64,000 bases of DNA, taken from a virus. Made by a program: the position numbers and the translations under genes. The notes below the pieces were generated by a model, which made no database searches, was not told the DNA's origin, and worked only from the letters and a program-made list of their open reading frames with translations. Shown one piece after another: positions 1-9,705 of the stretch. The DNA is taken from IMG/VR virus record IMGVR_UViG_3300042090_002370, positions 64,001 to 128,000 of that record; one strand, given 5' to 3'. Positions within the stretch are counted from its first letter, which is position 1; each line of letters begins with the position of its first letter.

Positions 1-644
1 TGGTTGTGCGTGTAGCTCATCGGCCAGTGGGACATATTGCCGAAGCGTTTCTCCTTACCGGCGCGGCAGGCATCGCAGCCCTGCCCTTGGCATTTTACCC
101 AGTTGAAGAAAGCCTCACCGGTTTTGTTGTTGATCTTGAGCTGACCAGTAGCATGATCGATGGATTCGAGCTTGTGATACGGGCCATAATCCAGAACGGA
201 GATCACGTACTTGTCGACACGGCTGATGGTCTTCGATTCGAGTCGGTTGGTCTTTGGGTCACGTACAGCGGTTTCCCAGAAGATGTCGCAGCCTCTGCAT
301 GGCGCTCTCTTGCTCTTGATGTTGGCGAACGGCCCTGCGCTGCAGATTGCGCTCTTGCCCTTTCCAGTAGGGCTGCCTAGGAAGTGTTCGGTGAACGTGA
401 TGTAGTCAGCCGGTAATTCTACGAGCTGTACGTCGTCGCCTGTACCGATGGCGTGCTGTTGTAGGTAGTGCCCTGCGATGAGGCGGATGGTGTCGGGGGA
501 ACCAACAGTGGGCGTGTATTGATCTACGAAGTATGGCAGGCGGCCCTTTGGGCCGCGTGTGACAAGGTCACGGCCGAATGATTGAACAGTTTGGCGTAGT
601 GAGCCGCCGGCGAGTGCAAGACGAGGATCTTTTCCGAATGCCAT
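1..644 (-). CDS. putative T4 gp32-like single-stranded DNA-binding protein (runs off the window; not in the ORF track)
   Basis: Manual translation from ATG 644 (SD GAAAGGT): MAFGKDPRL...DTIRLIAG...YITFTEHF...AICSAG...PCRGCDIFW..., open to the window edge; His/Cys spacing resembles the gp32 Zn site; lies after primase and helicase. Confidence 0.6.
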   Translation of the reverse strand, partial: MAFGKDPRLALAGGSLRQTVQSFGRDLVTRGPKGRLPYFVDQYTPTVGSPDTIRLIAGHYLQQHAIGTGDDVQLVELPADYITFTEHFLGSPTGKGKSAICSAGPFANIKSKRAPCRGCDIFWETAVRDPKTNRLESKTISRVDKYVISVLDYGPYHKLESIDHATGQLKINNKTGEAFFNWVKCQGQGCDACRAGKEKRFGNMSHWPMSYTHN

Positions 645-659
645 GATAGGACGACCTTT

Positions 660-1649
660 CTACTGTGTGCTGGTTGCAACTTGCTTTTGGTACCAAACTC
701 CGAATGTAACTGCTGTTGTAACAGCGTCTGCTACCTCTTCTGGTGTTAGGTCACTCGGCTGAGGCGCTGCGTATTCTACGAAGCGCACTCCACCAGCGCG
801 TCCGAGGAGCGCCTCGGCGGCTTTGAGCGTGCCGTTCAAGCCGGCTTCGTTGTTGTCGAGCATCAGGTAGATGGGAACTTCGTGTTTGACGAGCCACCAC
901 CTCTGCTCTTTTGAAAGGGCGGAGCCGAGTAGGGCGACTACGGTACTTACGCCTGCTTGCGCTACGCGCATAGCGGCCTTGAAGCCCTCCACGACGACGA
1001 TGAAGCGGTCGTTGAAAGGGGTCTTGTCGAGCGCCTCCTTGCATTCACGGGCGTGCCAGATGATGGCCCGCTTTTCGGTCTTCCGTTCTGCCAGACCGAA
1101 GTCCTTGTACTCTTTGTCGTAGACCTTGTAACGGGGTGTGGCGCCTGTGAGGTTTCGTCCGCTGATGCCGACTAGCCGACCTTCCAGATCGCGCAATGGG
1201 AATGTGACGCGTTGATGCAGCTCGTCGAATCCTACGCTGAATGCCTGGCAGACTTCGGGGGAGAACCCTTCGTCGGCCATAAGCTGCGGGTAGTAGTTGA
1301 ATAGGCCTAGTATACCTTCTGGTAGCGGCTCACTTGTTGGTGCTACGGGGTTGAGTGGGTTGCCTGGGTCCGGTATATACTTTGCGACTTCGTCGAGGAT
1401 GCGCTGGTATCCGGCGATAATGTTGGCGTGCGTGAGCCCAATGTTGCGCAGGAAGGTGTAGAAGTTACCACTTGCGTGACAGGAGTGGCAGAACCAGAGG
1501 CCGCTGTTTACGTTGATTGCGAATGACGGGCCGTGCTCCTCGCTGCCATCTAACTTACGATGGAAGGGGCAGATAGCCATCGCGTTTTCATTGCCGGACG
1601 ACTTTACTTTCTTGAGGTATCGCCTAGCGATATCGAGGACCTCGGTCAT
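660..1649 (-). CDS. dnaG: DNA primase (CHC2 zinc finger + TOPRIM)
   Basis: CPFH...CHSC zinc finger, VTFPLRD..G.LVGISGR, VVVEG and LMLDNNEAG TOPRIM motifs. Confidence 0.9.
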   Translation of the reverse strand: MTEVLDIARRYLKKVKSSGNENAMAICPFHRKLDGSEEHGPSFAINVNSGLWFCHSCHASGNFYTFLRNIGLTHANIIAGYQRILDEVAKYIPDPGNPLNPVAPTSEPLPEGILGLFNYYPQLMADEGFSPEVCQAFSVGFDELHQRVTFPLRDLEGRLVGISGRNLTGATPRYKVYDKEYKDFGLAERKTEKRAIIWHARECKEALDKTPFNDRFIVVVEGFKAAMRVAQAGVSTVVALLGSALSKEQRWWLVKHEVPIYLMLDNNEAGLNGTLKAAEALLGRAGGVRFVEYAAPQPSDLTPEEVADAVTTAVTFGVWYQKQVATSTQ

Positions 1650-3061
1650 GCTGGTTTTACTGCCTTTAGTTGTTCGGCTAGATCCTTGTCATGTGTATCG
1701 GGTTCTGTAGGCTGCCCGCCCTTCTTGCCTTTCTTCGGCTTCTTCTCGTCCTCCCCCTGGTCACCCTCGACAGCTTTCTTGATGTCATGTTCTTGGAGTA
1801 TGGAGTGCTGCGTGAAATTCTTGGCTGGTATGGCGTGGATGCGTATTCCGTGAAGAGCGAACTCGCGACTGCCGCCTACAACCAGGCTGATAGTTGGAGC
1901 CTCCTTGTCGGCAATTACGCGTGCGAACATTGTTGCGTCCTGGCCGACGGCATCCGAGTAGGCGATCTCTCCGCTGCTGGCCTGGCCGTGGCCCTCAGCT
2001 TTACGATTCGCTTGAATTGTGGCGATGATCGGCACGTTCGTGCCGAGGTTCATGTCTCGCAGATCGCGTGAGATATTCATTACGCGCTGGTGGTCGCTTG
2101 TGTGCTTTCTGGAGTCGCTCATGAGATAGAAGCCGTCAACGAACACGATGTCCGGCTCGTACTGTTTGACCTTTGACCTTAACCACGGGACGTTGTCGTT
2201 TCCCGGTCCGACCTCGCGCCCGTTTACTACCTGGATAAGGTTGGCGAGGAATCGGTCGTTACGAAGGTCTTCGAGGAACCGAGCGAACTTGTGCTCGTCG
2301 TTCGGTTCTAGTGGGTTGAACTTAGACATTACGGCCCCGCGGAGCTCTCGGTAGCCGAAGAACAAGATACAGGCGAGCGTTCTCAAGTAAACGTTGTCTG
2401 GTGTCATCTCTTTCGTGTAGACGACAACACGCTTCTGTTCGTGGAATGCCCAGGACAGAAGGTATGCAAGTACCCAGGTCTTCATCGACTTGGGTCTGCC
2501 GTAGAATACGATGAAGTCATCCGGTTGCAGACCGAAGGTCTCTGCTTGCAGCGCGGGCCATGGCCAGCGCATTTTGGCGAAGTCGCGCCCCTCTTTCGCC
2601 CACTCTTTACGCTGCCACGCACTCTCCACCCCCTGTAAAATGGACATGTCTGTGTTGGCCGCGCAGCCGAGTGCCTGATACGTCTGCAGCTTTGACTGCA
2701 GTTCGCTGATTGGACCCATCGGATCGACTTGCGGTAGGGACATCGCCTGCGAGAATTTTACGGCATCCCTCTCGCATTGCGCTCGTACGCGCTGTCGGCG
2801 CACCTCACTACAGAGCCCTTTGATGCTGGTCCCGGGCATGTCGTCGCCCATGCTGAAGTCCATCTGGTGGTGCGCACTCAGTGTGGACGTGTCTATTATG
2901 GACCCTGCTGTACGCGGGTCTGTGTAGTAGCTGAAGATAGAAGTCCAAAGCACTCTCGCTTCGTCAGAGATGAAGTCGTCTGCTGTGATCCCGAATGAAA
3001 GAGCTGTTTCGATGTCACGAGATTTCAGAACGCGATAGCACAACGCCATTTGGTAGCTCAT
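1646..3061 (-). CDS. dnaB: replicative DNA helicase, DnaB/SF4 family
   Basis: Walker A variant GRPKSMKT, Walker B IVFVDGFYLM, QANR and YSDAVGQDA motifs; 4-nt overlap with primase. Confidence 0.85.
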   Translation of the reverse strand: MSYQMALCYRVLKSRDIETALSFGITADDFISDEARVLWTSIFSYYTDPRTAGSIIDTSTLSAHHQMDFSMGDDMPGTSIKGLCSEVRRQRVRAQCERDAVKFSQAMSLPQVDPMGPISELQSKLQTYQALGCAANTDMSILQGVESAWQRKEWAKEGRDFAKMRWPWPALQAETFGLQPDDFIVFYGRPKSMKTWVLAYLLSWAFHEQKRVVVYTKEMTPDNVYLRTLACILFFGYRELRGAVMSKFNPLEPNDEHKFARFLEDLRNDRFLANLIQVVNGREVGPGNDNVPWLRSKVKQYEPDIVFVDGFYLMSDSRKHTSDHQRVMNISRDLRDMNLGTNVPIIATIQANRKAEGHGQASSGEIAYSDAVGQDATMFARVIADKEAPTISLVVGGSREFALHGIRIHAIPAKNFTQHSILQEHDIKKAVEGDQGEDEKKPKKGKKGGQPTEPDTHDKDLAEQLKAVKPA

Positions 3062-3097
3062 TCACCCTCCGTGGACGCGTAATCTGTATGCGACGCC

Positions 3098-3107
3098 CTT
3101 ATTCCGC
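3098..3107 (-). promoter_or_regulatory. putative class I phage promoter motif GCGGAATAAG
   Basis: Recurrent intergenic motif; ends about 37 nt upstream of the helicase ATG. Confidence 0.6.
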
Positions 3108-3135
3108 CAACGCGAGACAATGTGCAGCCCCGCGG

Positions 3136-3218
3136 AGCTAAAAAAAGGCGGCGCAGGCCGGACCGTCAACATGGCTCCGTTTTCGAAGCCATGTCAACGT
3201 GCCGAAGCCCCTTTTTTC
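3136..3218 (-). terminator. long irregular hairpin (16-bp core 3164-3199) followed by U7-AGCU
   Basis: Minus-strand RNA CGUUGACAUGGCUUCG-AAAA-CGGAGCCAUGUUGACG pairs fully with 3 G-U wobbles; ends CCUUUUUUUAGCU; follows the 8111-3270 gene run. Confidence 0.65.
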
Positions 3219-3269
3219 TCGTGTCTTGTGGTGGCCCACAGCCGTAGCCACTAGGGGTTGTGGACGAGC

Positions 3270-3602
3270 TCAGACCTGCTCGGCGCCGCTTTCTCCGAGG
3301 TGGTCGCCGAGCCCTGTTGGGGGTTGTGCGCCGCCCCTTTGAGCGGTGACAGTATTGGCAGTGAGCTCGCCACCGCTCTCGAGGTGCTTCATGCCAAGGT
3401 CGAGCTCCATCATCTCACGCAGCTCCTTCAGCTTTGCGATGGTGGGTGGGGACCATGTGCTGTTGGTGGTCCACCCGTGCGTCTCCCCTGTCTTGGAGTC
3501 GACGAAGGCGGCCTTGGCCTTGAACTCCAATGTGGGGCCTAGGAAGACTGCTGTGAACTCGCCGACGGCCACGCCGTCAAACTTCGTGACTCCCTTGATC
3601 AT
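3270..3602 (-). CDS. hypothetical protein
   Basis: Coupled ORF in the minus-strand operon, phage-like codon usage. Confidence 0.75.
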   Translation of the reverse strand: MIKGVTKFDGVAVGEFTAVFLGPTLEFKAKAAFVDSKTGETHGWTTNSTWSPPTIAKLKELREMMELDLGMKHLESGGELTANTVTAQRGGAQPPTGLGDHLGESGAEQV

Positions 3603-3898
3603 TCTGCTTTCTTTCCTGCCAGGATAGAAAAGCCGCCTTGCATGTACTCGATGGCTTTGAGTAGGGCGAGCTCAGCGGCGCGGTCGAGTGTGGGCTCGTT
3701 CTGGTCGCAAGTGAGATTCACGACGGCTGTGATTTTCACGTCGCCGAAGTTCTGTGAGGTACCGACATTGAAGCCGACGTTTCCATGAATGGCTCCAGGT
3801 GTTGCGAGCTGAGCGAACTGGTCTTCCTTGAGGACCTCGCGTTTGAGAACCTCAGCCGGCCCGTCGCCCACTTGTACTTCTACGCGCACCTCGTTCAA
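3599..3898 (-). CDS. hypothetical protein
   Basis: 4-nt overlaps with both neighbours. Confidence 0.75.
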   Translation of the reverse strand: MNEVRVEVQVGDGPAEVLKREVLKEDQFAQLATPGAIHGNVGFNVGTSQNFGDVKITAVVNLTCDQNEPTLDRAAELALLKAIEYMQGGFSILAGKKAE

Positions 3899-4338
3899 GG
3901 CGTCACCAGCTTAGGTGGCATGTGATAATTCACAATTTCTTTGCGCACGAGGCTCACGACTTCGTCCTTGATCTTACTGTTGGGCATTGTAACGGCGGCG
4001 TCGAAGCGGCCTTTGTCGATGGCGTAAGTTGTTGTATTACTGATAGCGCCGCCCACTTGCAGAAAGAGCTCACGTCCTACTGCATCGTAGAGCGCTTCTG
4101 GATCGTACTTGACCGAGACCTGGTAGGCGTCGAAGGGGCCGCACTTCACCTCTTGTTGCCTCACCGCCTTCTCCGCTTGCTCCAGTTCGGAGTTGTACCG
4201 GTCTACGAGGTGTGCGAACTGTTCGAATACAGCCGCGTTGTCGGCCTTGAACTCCTCGAGTGCTGCTTTGGCGTCGAGAAATCTGAGTACCTCGAGAAAT
4301 TCCTCGGGCGGTTTTGTGACGATGCTCTTCTTCTTCAC
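3895..4338 (-). CDS. hypothetical protein (N-terminal coiled coil)
   Basis: 4-nt overlaps with both neighbours. Confidence 0.75.
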   Translation of the reverse strand: MKKKSIVTKPPEEFLEVLRFLDAKAALEEFKADNAAVFEQFAHLVDRYNSELEQAEKAVRQQEVKCGPFDAYQVSVKYDPEALYDAVGRELFLQVGGAISNTTTYAIDKGRFDAAVTMPNSKIKDEVVSLVRKEIVNYHMPPKLVTP

Positions 4339-5198
4339 TCGGATTCTCTTTCTAGTTCGTGGTGTAACTCGTCTGCTTCGACCTTCTCGCGCTCTGTCGG
4401 GATGACACCGAAGATTGCTTCGAGGTAGCTGTTGTACGTTTGTACGGCCTTGCGAATATCGCCAACGAATCTCTGAAATGGGTTGCCTGGGCCCTTGTCA
4501 GACAGTTGCCGCGCGACGTACGCCGGGTGCAGTGTGGGGACGAAGTAGTAGTAGACCTCATTCTGCTCTACTGGGTTCTGCCACTCCTTGCCGACTTTAC
4601 GTAACCATTGCTGCTTCTTTTCCGTGAGTACAGGTCGATAGCTCGCGCCAGGGATGGCGATCTGGGCAATCTCACCATGGTCACGTGTGATGGTGATACT
4701 GCGGCCGAGGAGCGCTTCGCACGCTGGCCCTCCGAGTCCCACGATGACGATGGGGTCGACCAGGTAGATCTCCTCGAGTAGCCGTGGCCTACACGCGCTC
4801 TTCTGCGGTGGCGTTGGCGGTTCGTCTCTGAACACCGGGTAGGAGATCTTCGTGCGATAGTCCATCCGCATCTGCGGTGAGCCGTCTGCTTGCGTTGCGA
4901 TGGCGCAAGAACGGCAGCAGACAATGTTGGTGATGTAGAAGTCTGTGAGCCCCAGGGTGTCTATGACACGGCGTAGAAGCTGACCGCTACGCCCAATGAA
5001 CGGCTCACCGTGTTGTTCTTCGTCTACACCGGGGCCCTCGCCGATGAACATTACGCTGTGATTGAAGCCGCGGCCGAAGACGAATTTGCCGTCTCGACGG
5101 ATGCGCTCTACGCCGAGATCACACTTGATGCAGGAGGACCAGTCCTCTCTCAGTGTAGCAAGTGACTTCCTGGCGTCTGGTCTAATGTCTTCGGACAC
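4335..5198 (-). CDS. uracil-DNA glycosylase family 4 (Fe-S type), with insertions
   Basis: CIKCDL, VFGRG, MFIGEGPG..E...GEPFIGRSG, TNIVCCR and LHPAY motifs; start moved to GTG 5198 (SD GAAAGG). Confidence 0.88.
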   Translation of the reverse strand: MSEDIRPDARKSLATLREDWSSCIKCDLGVERIRRDGKFVFGRGFNHSVMFIGEGPGVDEEQHGEPFIGRSGQLLRRVIDTLGLTDFYITNIVCCRSCAIATQADGSPQMRMDYRTKISYPVFRDEPPTPPQKSACRPRLLEEIYLVDPIVIVGLGGPACEALLGRSITITRDHGEIAQIAIPGASYRPVLTEKKQQWLRKVGKEWQNPVEQNEVYYYFVPTLHPAYVARQLSDKGPGNPFQRFVGDIRKAVQTYNSYLEAIFGVIPTEREKVEADELHHELERESE

Positions 5199-5772
5199 GC
5201 CGCTGCCTTTCAGCCTCAGCAGCAACATCCTGCGGCGTTGCAGACGTTGTGAGGCCAGTTTGATGCGCCATCGCGTCCTTGCGGTGCTGCTCGTTGAGCT
5301 CCTCTGCGTGCTGGCAGAATGCCCGAAGCGTGGCCTGATCATTTTTGTGCTGCTGACTGAAGACGTAGATGCTGTTCCCTCTTCGGAAGTGCATCATGGT
5401 GGGATGTAGGTTGAAGTCGATACCCCTGATTAGCGGCTGACGTTGTAAGCCCACCTGTGGCATTCTCGTCTCTGGGTCGACGAGCGGTTTGCCATCGGGA
5501 CCCGTGATAGCCACACGCGTTTCTTGTACACCGAAGAAATAGGTAGGAAAGAGCGTGAGGATGTCGGCCATCATGATGGCCTGCGCTGAGACCGCTTGCT
5601 TCGGCGGGTCATTCAGGCCCTTGGGCGCGTATGGATCTCTGAAGTCGAGTTGGTATACGCGGCCCAGGTAAGTCGCTGGCCCGTCCTGGATGCGTATCCA
5701 CGTCCCGTTCTTCGGGTCGGTTATTGGCTCGCCTTCGGCGTGTCCGTGAACATTTTCGGTGTCGTTTGACAT
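5182..5772 (-). CDS. hypothetical protein
   Basis: ORF with SD GGGAG, inside the operon. Confidence 0.7.
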   Translation of the reverse strand: MSNDTENVHGHAEGEPITDPKNGTWIRIQDGPATYLGRVYQLDFRDPYAPKGLNDPPKQAVSAQAIMMADILTLFPTYFFGVQETRVAITGPDGKPLVDPETRMPQVGLQRQPLIRGIDFNLHPTMMHFRRGNSIYVFSQQHKNDQATLRAFCQHAEELNEQHRKDAMAHQTGLTTSATPQDVAAEAERQRRVRRH

Positions 5773-7487
5773 GCTCGTCTCCCAACAATGTGTCCGATGT
5801 TTTCATAGGTGAGTGGACCGTCTTGGTCGGCGGGCCAGCTCAGCAGGTGCGAACGTAGCTTCTGGCACATTCCGATGAAGGGGCCAATATCGTCCTCGAG
5901 GAAAACGACGATGGGTTCCTTCTTGCCGCCCTTCTTCCTGAGTATGCGGCCCATAAGCTGCTGCAGTGCGTTGGCGCTCGAGAGCGGCTCGTTTACGATG
6001 ATGGTGTCGAGCGCGCGTTCGTTGAGGCCCTCTTTGCCGTACTTCATGATGGCGAAGGTGACCTTTTTCTCGCGTAGCATCTTTGCTCGTTGGTCTGGCT
6101 TGACCTTGTAGATCATGAGGCCGGCGTCGCTCTGCTGAGCGAGAAGCGTCTTGAGGTACTTGCTACGGGCCTTATTCCACAAGGCCTCGCACTTCTTGTA
6201 GACGCGATGACCATATAGCAGCTGGTTGAGCTGCGCTTTCTTGATGAGCTCACCCTGCAGAGCGGCGCTGTGGCTCGTACCGGAGAGCTTTTGGATGTGC
6301 CCGATGCAGACGCCGAGCTGTTTCTGGATCTTTTGAAGAGAACTCGGGTCGAGCTCGGAAGGCGGTGTCGTCTCGCCAACGTCCTGGGCGGAGGGAAATG
6401 GAATGTCCGTGATGAGTGTCTGCCCTTTGTTGTTCCATGCAGCGAGGAGGTTCACGAGTGCGTCTACGCTCTTGGATAGAACCAGCACTTTCCGGTCGTT
6501 GGCTACTGCTTGGCGAATCTCACTTAGCACGAAGTCGATGCGCTTCGGCCATGCACCAAGAAAGCTCGCAATCTTGCCGATGTGTAGCTCACCATTCTTG
6601 TCACGTGCAGCGGCCTGTACGCGTGGGTCGCTTGTGTCGAGGCCCATTCCTGTCCAGACAAAGTAGAACTTAGGCTTCAGGTCCTGCCGTAGGTTCTTGT
6701 AGATGACTGGGCCTAGATGAAAGTTGTAGATGACGTGGTAGCCATCTTCGCGATCGGGGGTGGCTGTCAGGGCTAGCCTGTAACCGTAGAAAAGGTCGGC
6801 GGTACGCGCGAAGGTCGGAGCTGCGATGTGATGCCCCTCGTCCCATATGATGGTTCCGAACCATCGACGCGCCTCTTCTGGAAACAGATGGGCCTTTGCA
6901 GCCAGCGTGTGGTACGTCGCGATAACTACAGGCTTCTTCCAATCAAAGTGCTCGCCCTGTATCAGCCCGATGCCATCAGGTACCTCAAGGCAGTCGGCTA
7001 TCTCTTCGCGCCACTGGCGTATGAGCTCGGTTGTATCGAGGATAATAAGAAGAGGGACGCCGCGGCGCGCGGCGAAGTCCAGGGCAACAACAGTCTTCCC
7101 GCCACCGCAGCGAAGTTGGAGCACTCCCCCCCGTGAGGAGAGGAGTGCATTCATGGCCTCTTGCTGCGTGCGTTCGCCTGTGGGTACGAGTTGTCCGTTC
7201 TCTACTGTATGGTCGAGCTTTACCTTGCTCCGGATGTCCACTTTCGTGTAGTGCTGTGGCCGGCAGTCAATGACTGGGAATGCGTAGTCCTCTGGCTTCC
7301 AGAACTCTCGAGGTAGCAGTAGATGGTGCTCAGTCTCTCGGTAGAGTGTGAGGAGCGTAACCGCCTGCCTGTCGAAGAACTCAAATGTCAGCGCGTTCTT
7401 AGTGCCTTGTACATTTATCGCGCTCTTCGGACACCAGAGCATTGTATCGAGATACCCGACGTCAGGGCGGCGGACTAGCAGTTGCAT
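5721..7487 (-). CDS. superfamily 2 helicase (XPB/UvsW-like)
   Basis: LRCGGGKT, DEGHH, LTATPDR, KEGLN and QLMGRILR motifs; ~100-aa insert in the second RecA domain. Confidence 0.88.
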   Translation of the reverse strand: MQLLVRRPDVGYLDTMLWCPKSAINVQGTKNALTFEFFDRQAVTLLTLYRETEHHLLLPREFWKPEDYAFPVIDCRPQHYTKVDIRSKVKLDHTVENGQLVPTGERTQQEAMNALLSSRGGVLQLRCGGGKTVVALDFAARRGVPLLIILDTTELIRQWREEIADCLEVPDGIGLIQGEHFDWKKPVVIATYHTLAAKAHLFPEEARRWFGTIIWDEGHHIAAPTFARTADLFYGYRLALTATPDREDGYHVIYNFHLGPVIYKNLRQDLKPKFYFVWTGMGLDTSDPRVQAAARDKNGELHIGKIASFLGAWPKRIDFVLSEIRQAVANDRKVLVLSKSVDALVNLLAAWNNKGQTLITDIPFPSAQDVGETTPPSELDPSSLQKIQKQLGVCIGHIQKLSGTSHSAALQGELIKKAQLNQLLYGHRVYKKCEALWNKARSKYLKTLLAQQSDAGLMIYKVKPDQRAKMLREKKVTFAIMKYGKEGLNERALDTIIVNEPLSSANALQQLMGRILRKKGGKKEPIVVFLEDDIGPFIGMCQKLRSHLLSWPADQDGPLTYENIGHIVGRRACQTTPKMFTDTPKASQ

Positions 7488-7490
7488 CCT

Positions 7491-8111
7491 CTACTCCCTT
7501 CTTTCTTCCGGCTTCTTCTCTGGTACGGCCGCCTTCATGACATGCGTGTCGAACCAGTGCGCTGCAACGTGGCCTATGGCTTTGCCGAGGCCTCGTAAAA
7601 GTTGCCTGATGAGCGGCGACCACCAAGACTCACCGGGATGCCTCAGCTCCTCCGCAGACAGGAATGGTGGTACGGCGTAGGTTGAGGCCCATGTTGGGTA
7701 TGGGTGCTGTGGGTAAGGCACACCGTACTGAGAGCCTATAGCAGCTACCCGTTCAGCCTCCACTCTGCGGACGTACTCACCAAAGTTGGATGCCGGTGCT
7801 GGTGGGGAGTACGGGCGCGAGAATGGTTGTGGTGCAGGTTGTGGTGCAGCCTGCGCTTCGGGTGGTGGCGTAACTATAGGCGGTCTAAAGAGGTTCTGTG
7901 CGGGGATGACGCTACTAAGCGTCGCCGCGACACGGCTGCCGCAGGAGTTGAAGTAGTTACACTGATAGCGCACGTTCTTCCCGTTGTCGGGATTGACGTA
8001 GTTTGCGTCGGGCCCGCCTGCGCACGCGGGATGGTTCCTGTTCCAGAGCTTCGGGTTGCCGAAGCAGTCGGGCGGTGCTTCTCGATTGGTCACGGTGACC
8101 GGTACGTTCAT
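7491..8111 (-). CDS. hypothetical protein, Cys-containing N-terminus and Pro-rich linker
   Basis: SD GGAGGT; first gene of the minus-strand operon. Confidence 0.7.
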   Translation of the reverse strand: MNVPVTVTNREAPPDCFGNPKLWNRNHPACAGGPDANYVNPDNGKNVRYQCNYFNSCGSRVAATLSSVIPAQNLFRPPIVTPPPEAQAAPQPAPQPFSRPYSPPAPASNFGEYVRRVEAERVAAIGSQYGVPYPQHPYPTWASTYAVPPFLSAEELRHPGESWWSPLIRQLLRGLGKAIGHVAAHWFDTHVMKAAVPEKKPEERRE

Positions 8112-8147
8112 GCAGACCTCCGTATACTACTGGTGGCGATTCTAGTT

Positions 8148-8157
8148 CTTATCCCGC
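8148..8157 (-). promoter_or_regulatory. putative class I phage promoter motif GCGGGATAAG
   Basis: Ends about 37 nt upstream of ATG 8111; divergent intergenic region. Confidence 0.65.
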
Positions 8158-8181
8158 TTTTCGTGCGCCATTGGCGCGGTG

Positions 8182-8187
8182 TAAGAT
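8182..8187 (+). promoter_or_regulatory. putative -10 element TAAGAT, leaderless-type start
   Basis: Exactly 7 nt before in-frame ATG 8195, no SD. Confidence 0.5.
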
Positions 8188-8194
8188 AGACCGC

Positions 8195-9697
8195 ATGCAA
8201 ACTAGCGGCCTGATTCTAGACGTGTATGATGACATCGACGGATCTGTGCTGCGGTCGGTCTACCCGACACGCGAGAGTATTCCGCAGACAGTGAAGGAGG
8301 CACACGTACTGAGCTACGAGGAGCGACGCACGCTGCCTGATGACGTATTCGCGCTCATTCTTCTGAACAATGGGGAGTCTCTGCGCAAGTACGCATGCAT
8401 CGACGCAGGAGGAACAGCGCTCGCTGTGGAGTACTTCCTCAAGACGGCCTACAAACTTCCGGTCGAGGCGCAGAAGACCGCTGCAGAGAATCTCTGCACG
8501 GCCTGCGGCTGGTACGATGTCGAGGCCCCCGAGCAGCTACAGAAAATGGCGGGCATTATCAGCGGCGCATTTGGCCTGGCCACGGCTGTGCCGACCGTGA
8601 CCGGAACGGCACGCGAAATCAAAAACAACCTGGCGAACGTTCGTCAGGGAGAGGCTATGGGGGCCAACATTGTGGTTCCAGGCGGCGCGCCTGGAATGCC
8701 GAAAGTTGCTGAGGCGAGTGGGACAGCTCTCCTACCGAATCAGCCTACGCTCGGTCTCCCTTCGGCATCGAAGACCGTCATTCAGAAGACCGCACGCCTC
8801 GGTCGGCTTGTGGCATCCGAGCGCTCTCACCATGGTGGTGAGCAGGCGGTCGAGCCGGATGTCGTTCACCCGCCTACACACGAGCAGAAGGGCAAGCTCC
8901 CGCAGGCCGGACACCTACGCCCTACTTGCGACGTAACGAACTTCGAGGCGCCGGCTCGAATGCATGAGAAGAAGGGTAGCGTCTTTGCGCTTCCTTCTGA
9001 GGGCAAGTACCCGCTCGACACCTACGATCAGGTGAAGACCGCGAATCATTGGTACTCCCAATACGCCAACCACCTGACGCCGGACAAGCGCCGTGAGTTC
9101 GCCACCAACTTCATGAAGCGTGCGAGCGAGCTCGACATCAGGACGGACAACTACGACCTGAAGCGCTACGGATCGAACACGCCGGCATCCGAGGCTGAGA
9201 TCAAGGCAGCCTTCGACGCCAGGCGGCTTGAAGTTGCGCACAACGACGCGGCGCTCCAGCTCCTTGGAGAAGTCGAGAAGGTGGCCCGTACACGCATCTG
9301 GCGGGACGCAGGCACCATCGTCGAGCTCTCACCAGAGCAGATCTGCGGAGTCGTCGAAGAGTTCGACAAGGTCGCCGGACTCAACCATCGCTACGATGTC
9401 GTTCCCGACCCGTACTATACGATGTTCGGTGTGGAGAAGAACGCAGATGGAAAGAAAGACAACAACGACCCGGCATGGAGCGATCAGATCGCTAACGATT
9501 GTGTTACGAGCGCTGATTTGCATCGGCTCGCTCAGATCGGCGCTCTCAGCGTGAAGACTACGTTCGGCAATGATTTTCAGGAGGAATTCCTCAAAGACCC
9601 AGTAGGGATGTACGAGAGCCTGCCTCGCACGCAGAAGAAGATGTTGATGCGTATGGCGAACAGCACCCAGCCTGGAGTAGAACGTACCTACTTCTAG
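8195..9697 (+). CDS. putative virion/head-associated protein (K-x-A rich)
   Basis: Long ORF opening the structural cluster; two FAL...KY.(I/L)D segments; many KTA/KVA/KMA motifs. Confidence 0.7.
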   Translation: MQTSGLILDVYDDIDGSVLRSVYPTRESIPQTVKEAHVLSYEERRTLPDDVFALILLNNGESLRKYACIDAGGTALAVEYFLKTAYKLPVEAQKTAAENLCTACGWYDVEAPEQLQKMAGIISGAFGLATAVPTVTGTAREIKNNLANVRQGEAMGANIVVPGGAPGMPKVAEASGTALLPNQPTLGLPSASKTVIQKTARLGRLVASERSHHGGEQAVEPDVVHPPTHEQKGKLPQAGHLRPTCDVTNFEAPARMHEKKGSVFALPSEGKYPLDTYDQVKTANHWYSQYANHLTPDKRREFATNFMKRASELDIRTDNYDLKRYGSNTPASEAEIKAAFDARRLEVAHNDAALQLLGEVEKVARTRIWRDAGTIVELSPEQICGVVEEFDKVAGLNHRYDVVPDPYYTMFGVEKNADGKKDNNDPAWSDQIANDCVTSADLHRLAQIGALSVKTTFGNDFQEEFLKDPVGMYESLPRTQKKMLMRMANSTQPGVERTYF

Positions 9698-9705
9698 GAG
9701 GCGGC

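Noticed and set aside
6-405. Plus-strand ORFs at the window start
   Set aside because: Antisense to the open minus-strand gp32-like frame starting at 644
8165-8177. Palindrome GCGCCA-T-TGGCGC between divergent promoters as an operator
   Set aside because: Single short GC-rich copy; no second instance seen at equivalent positions
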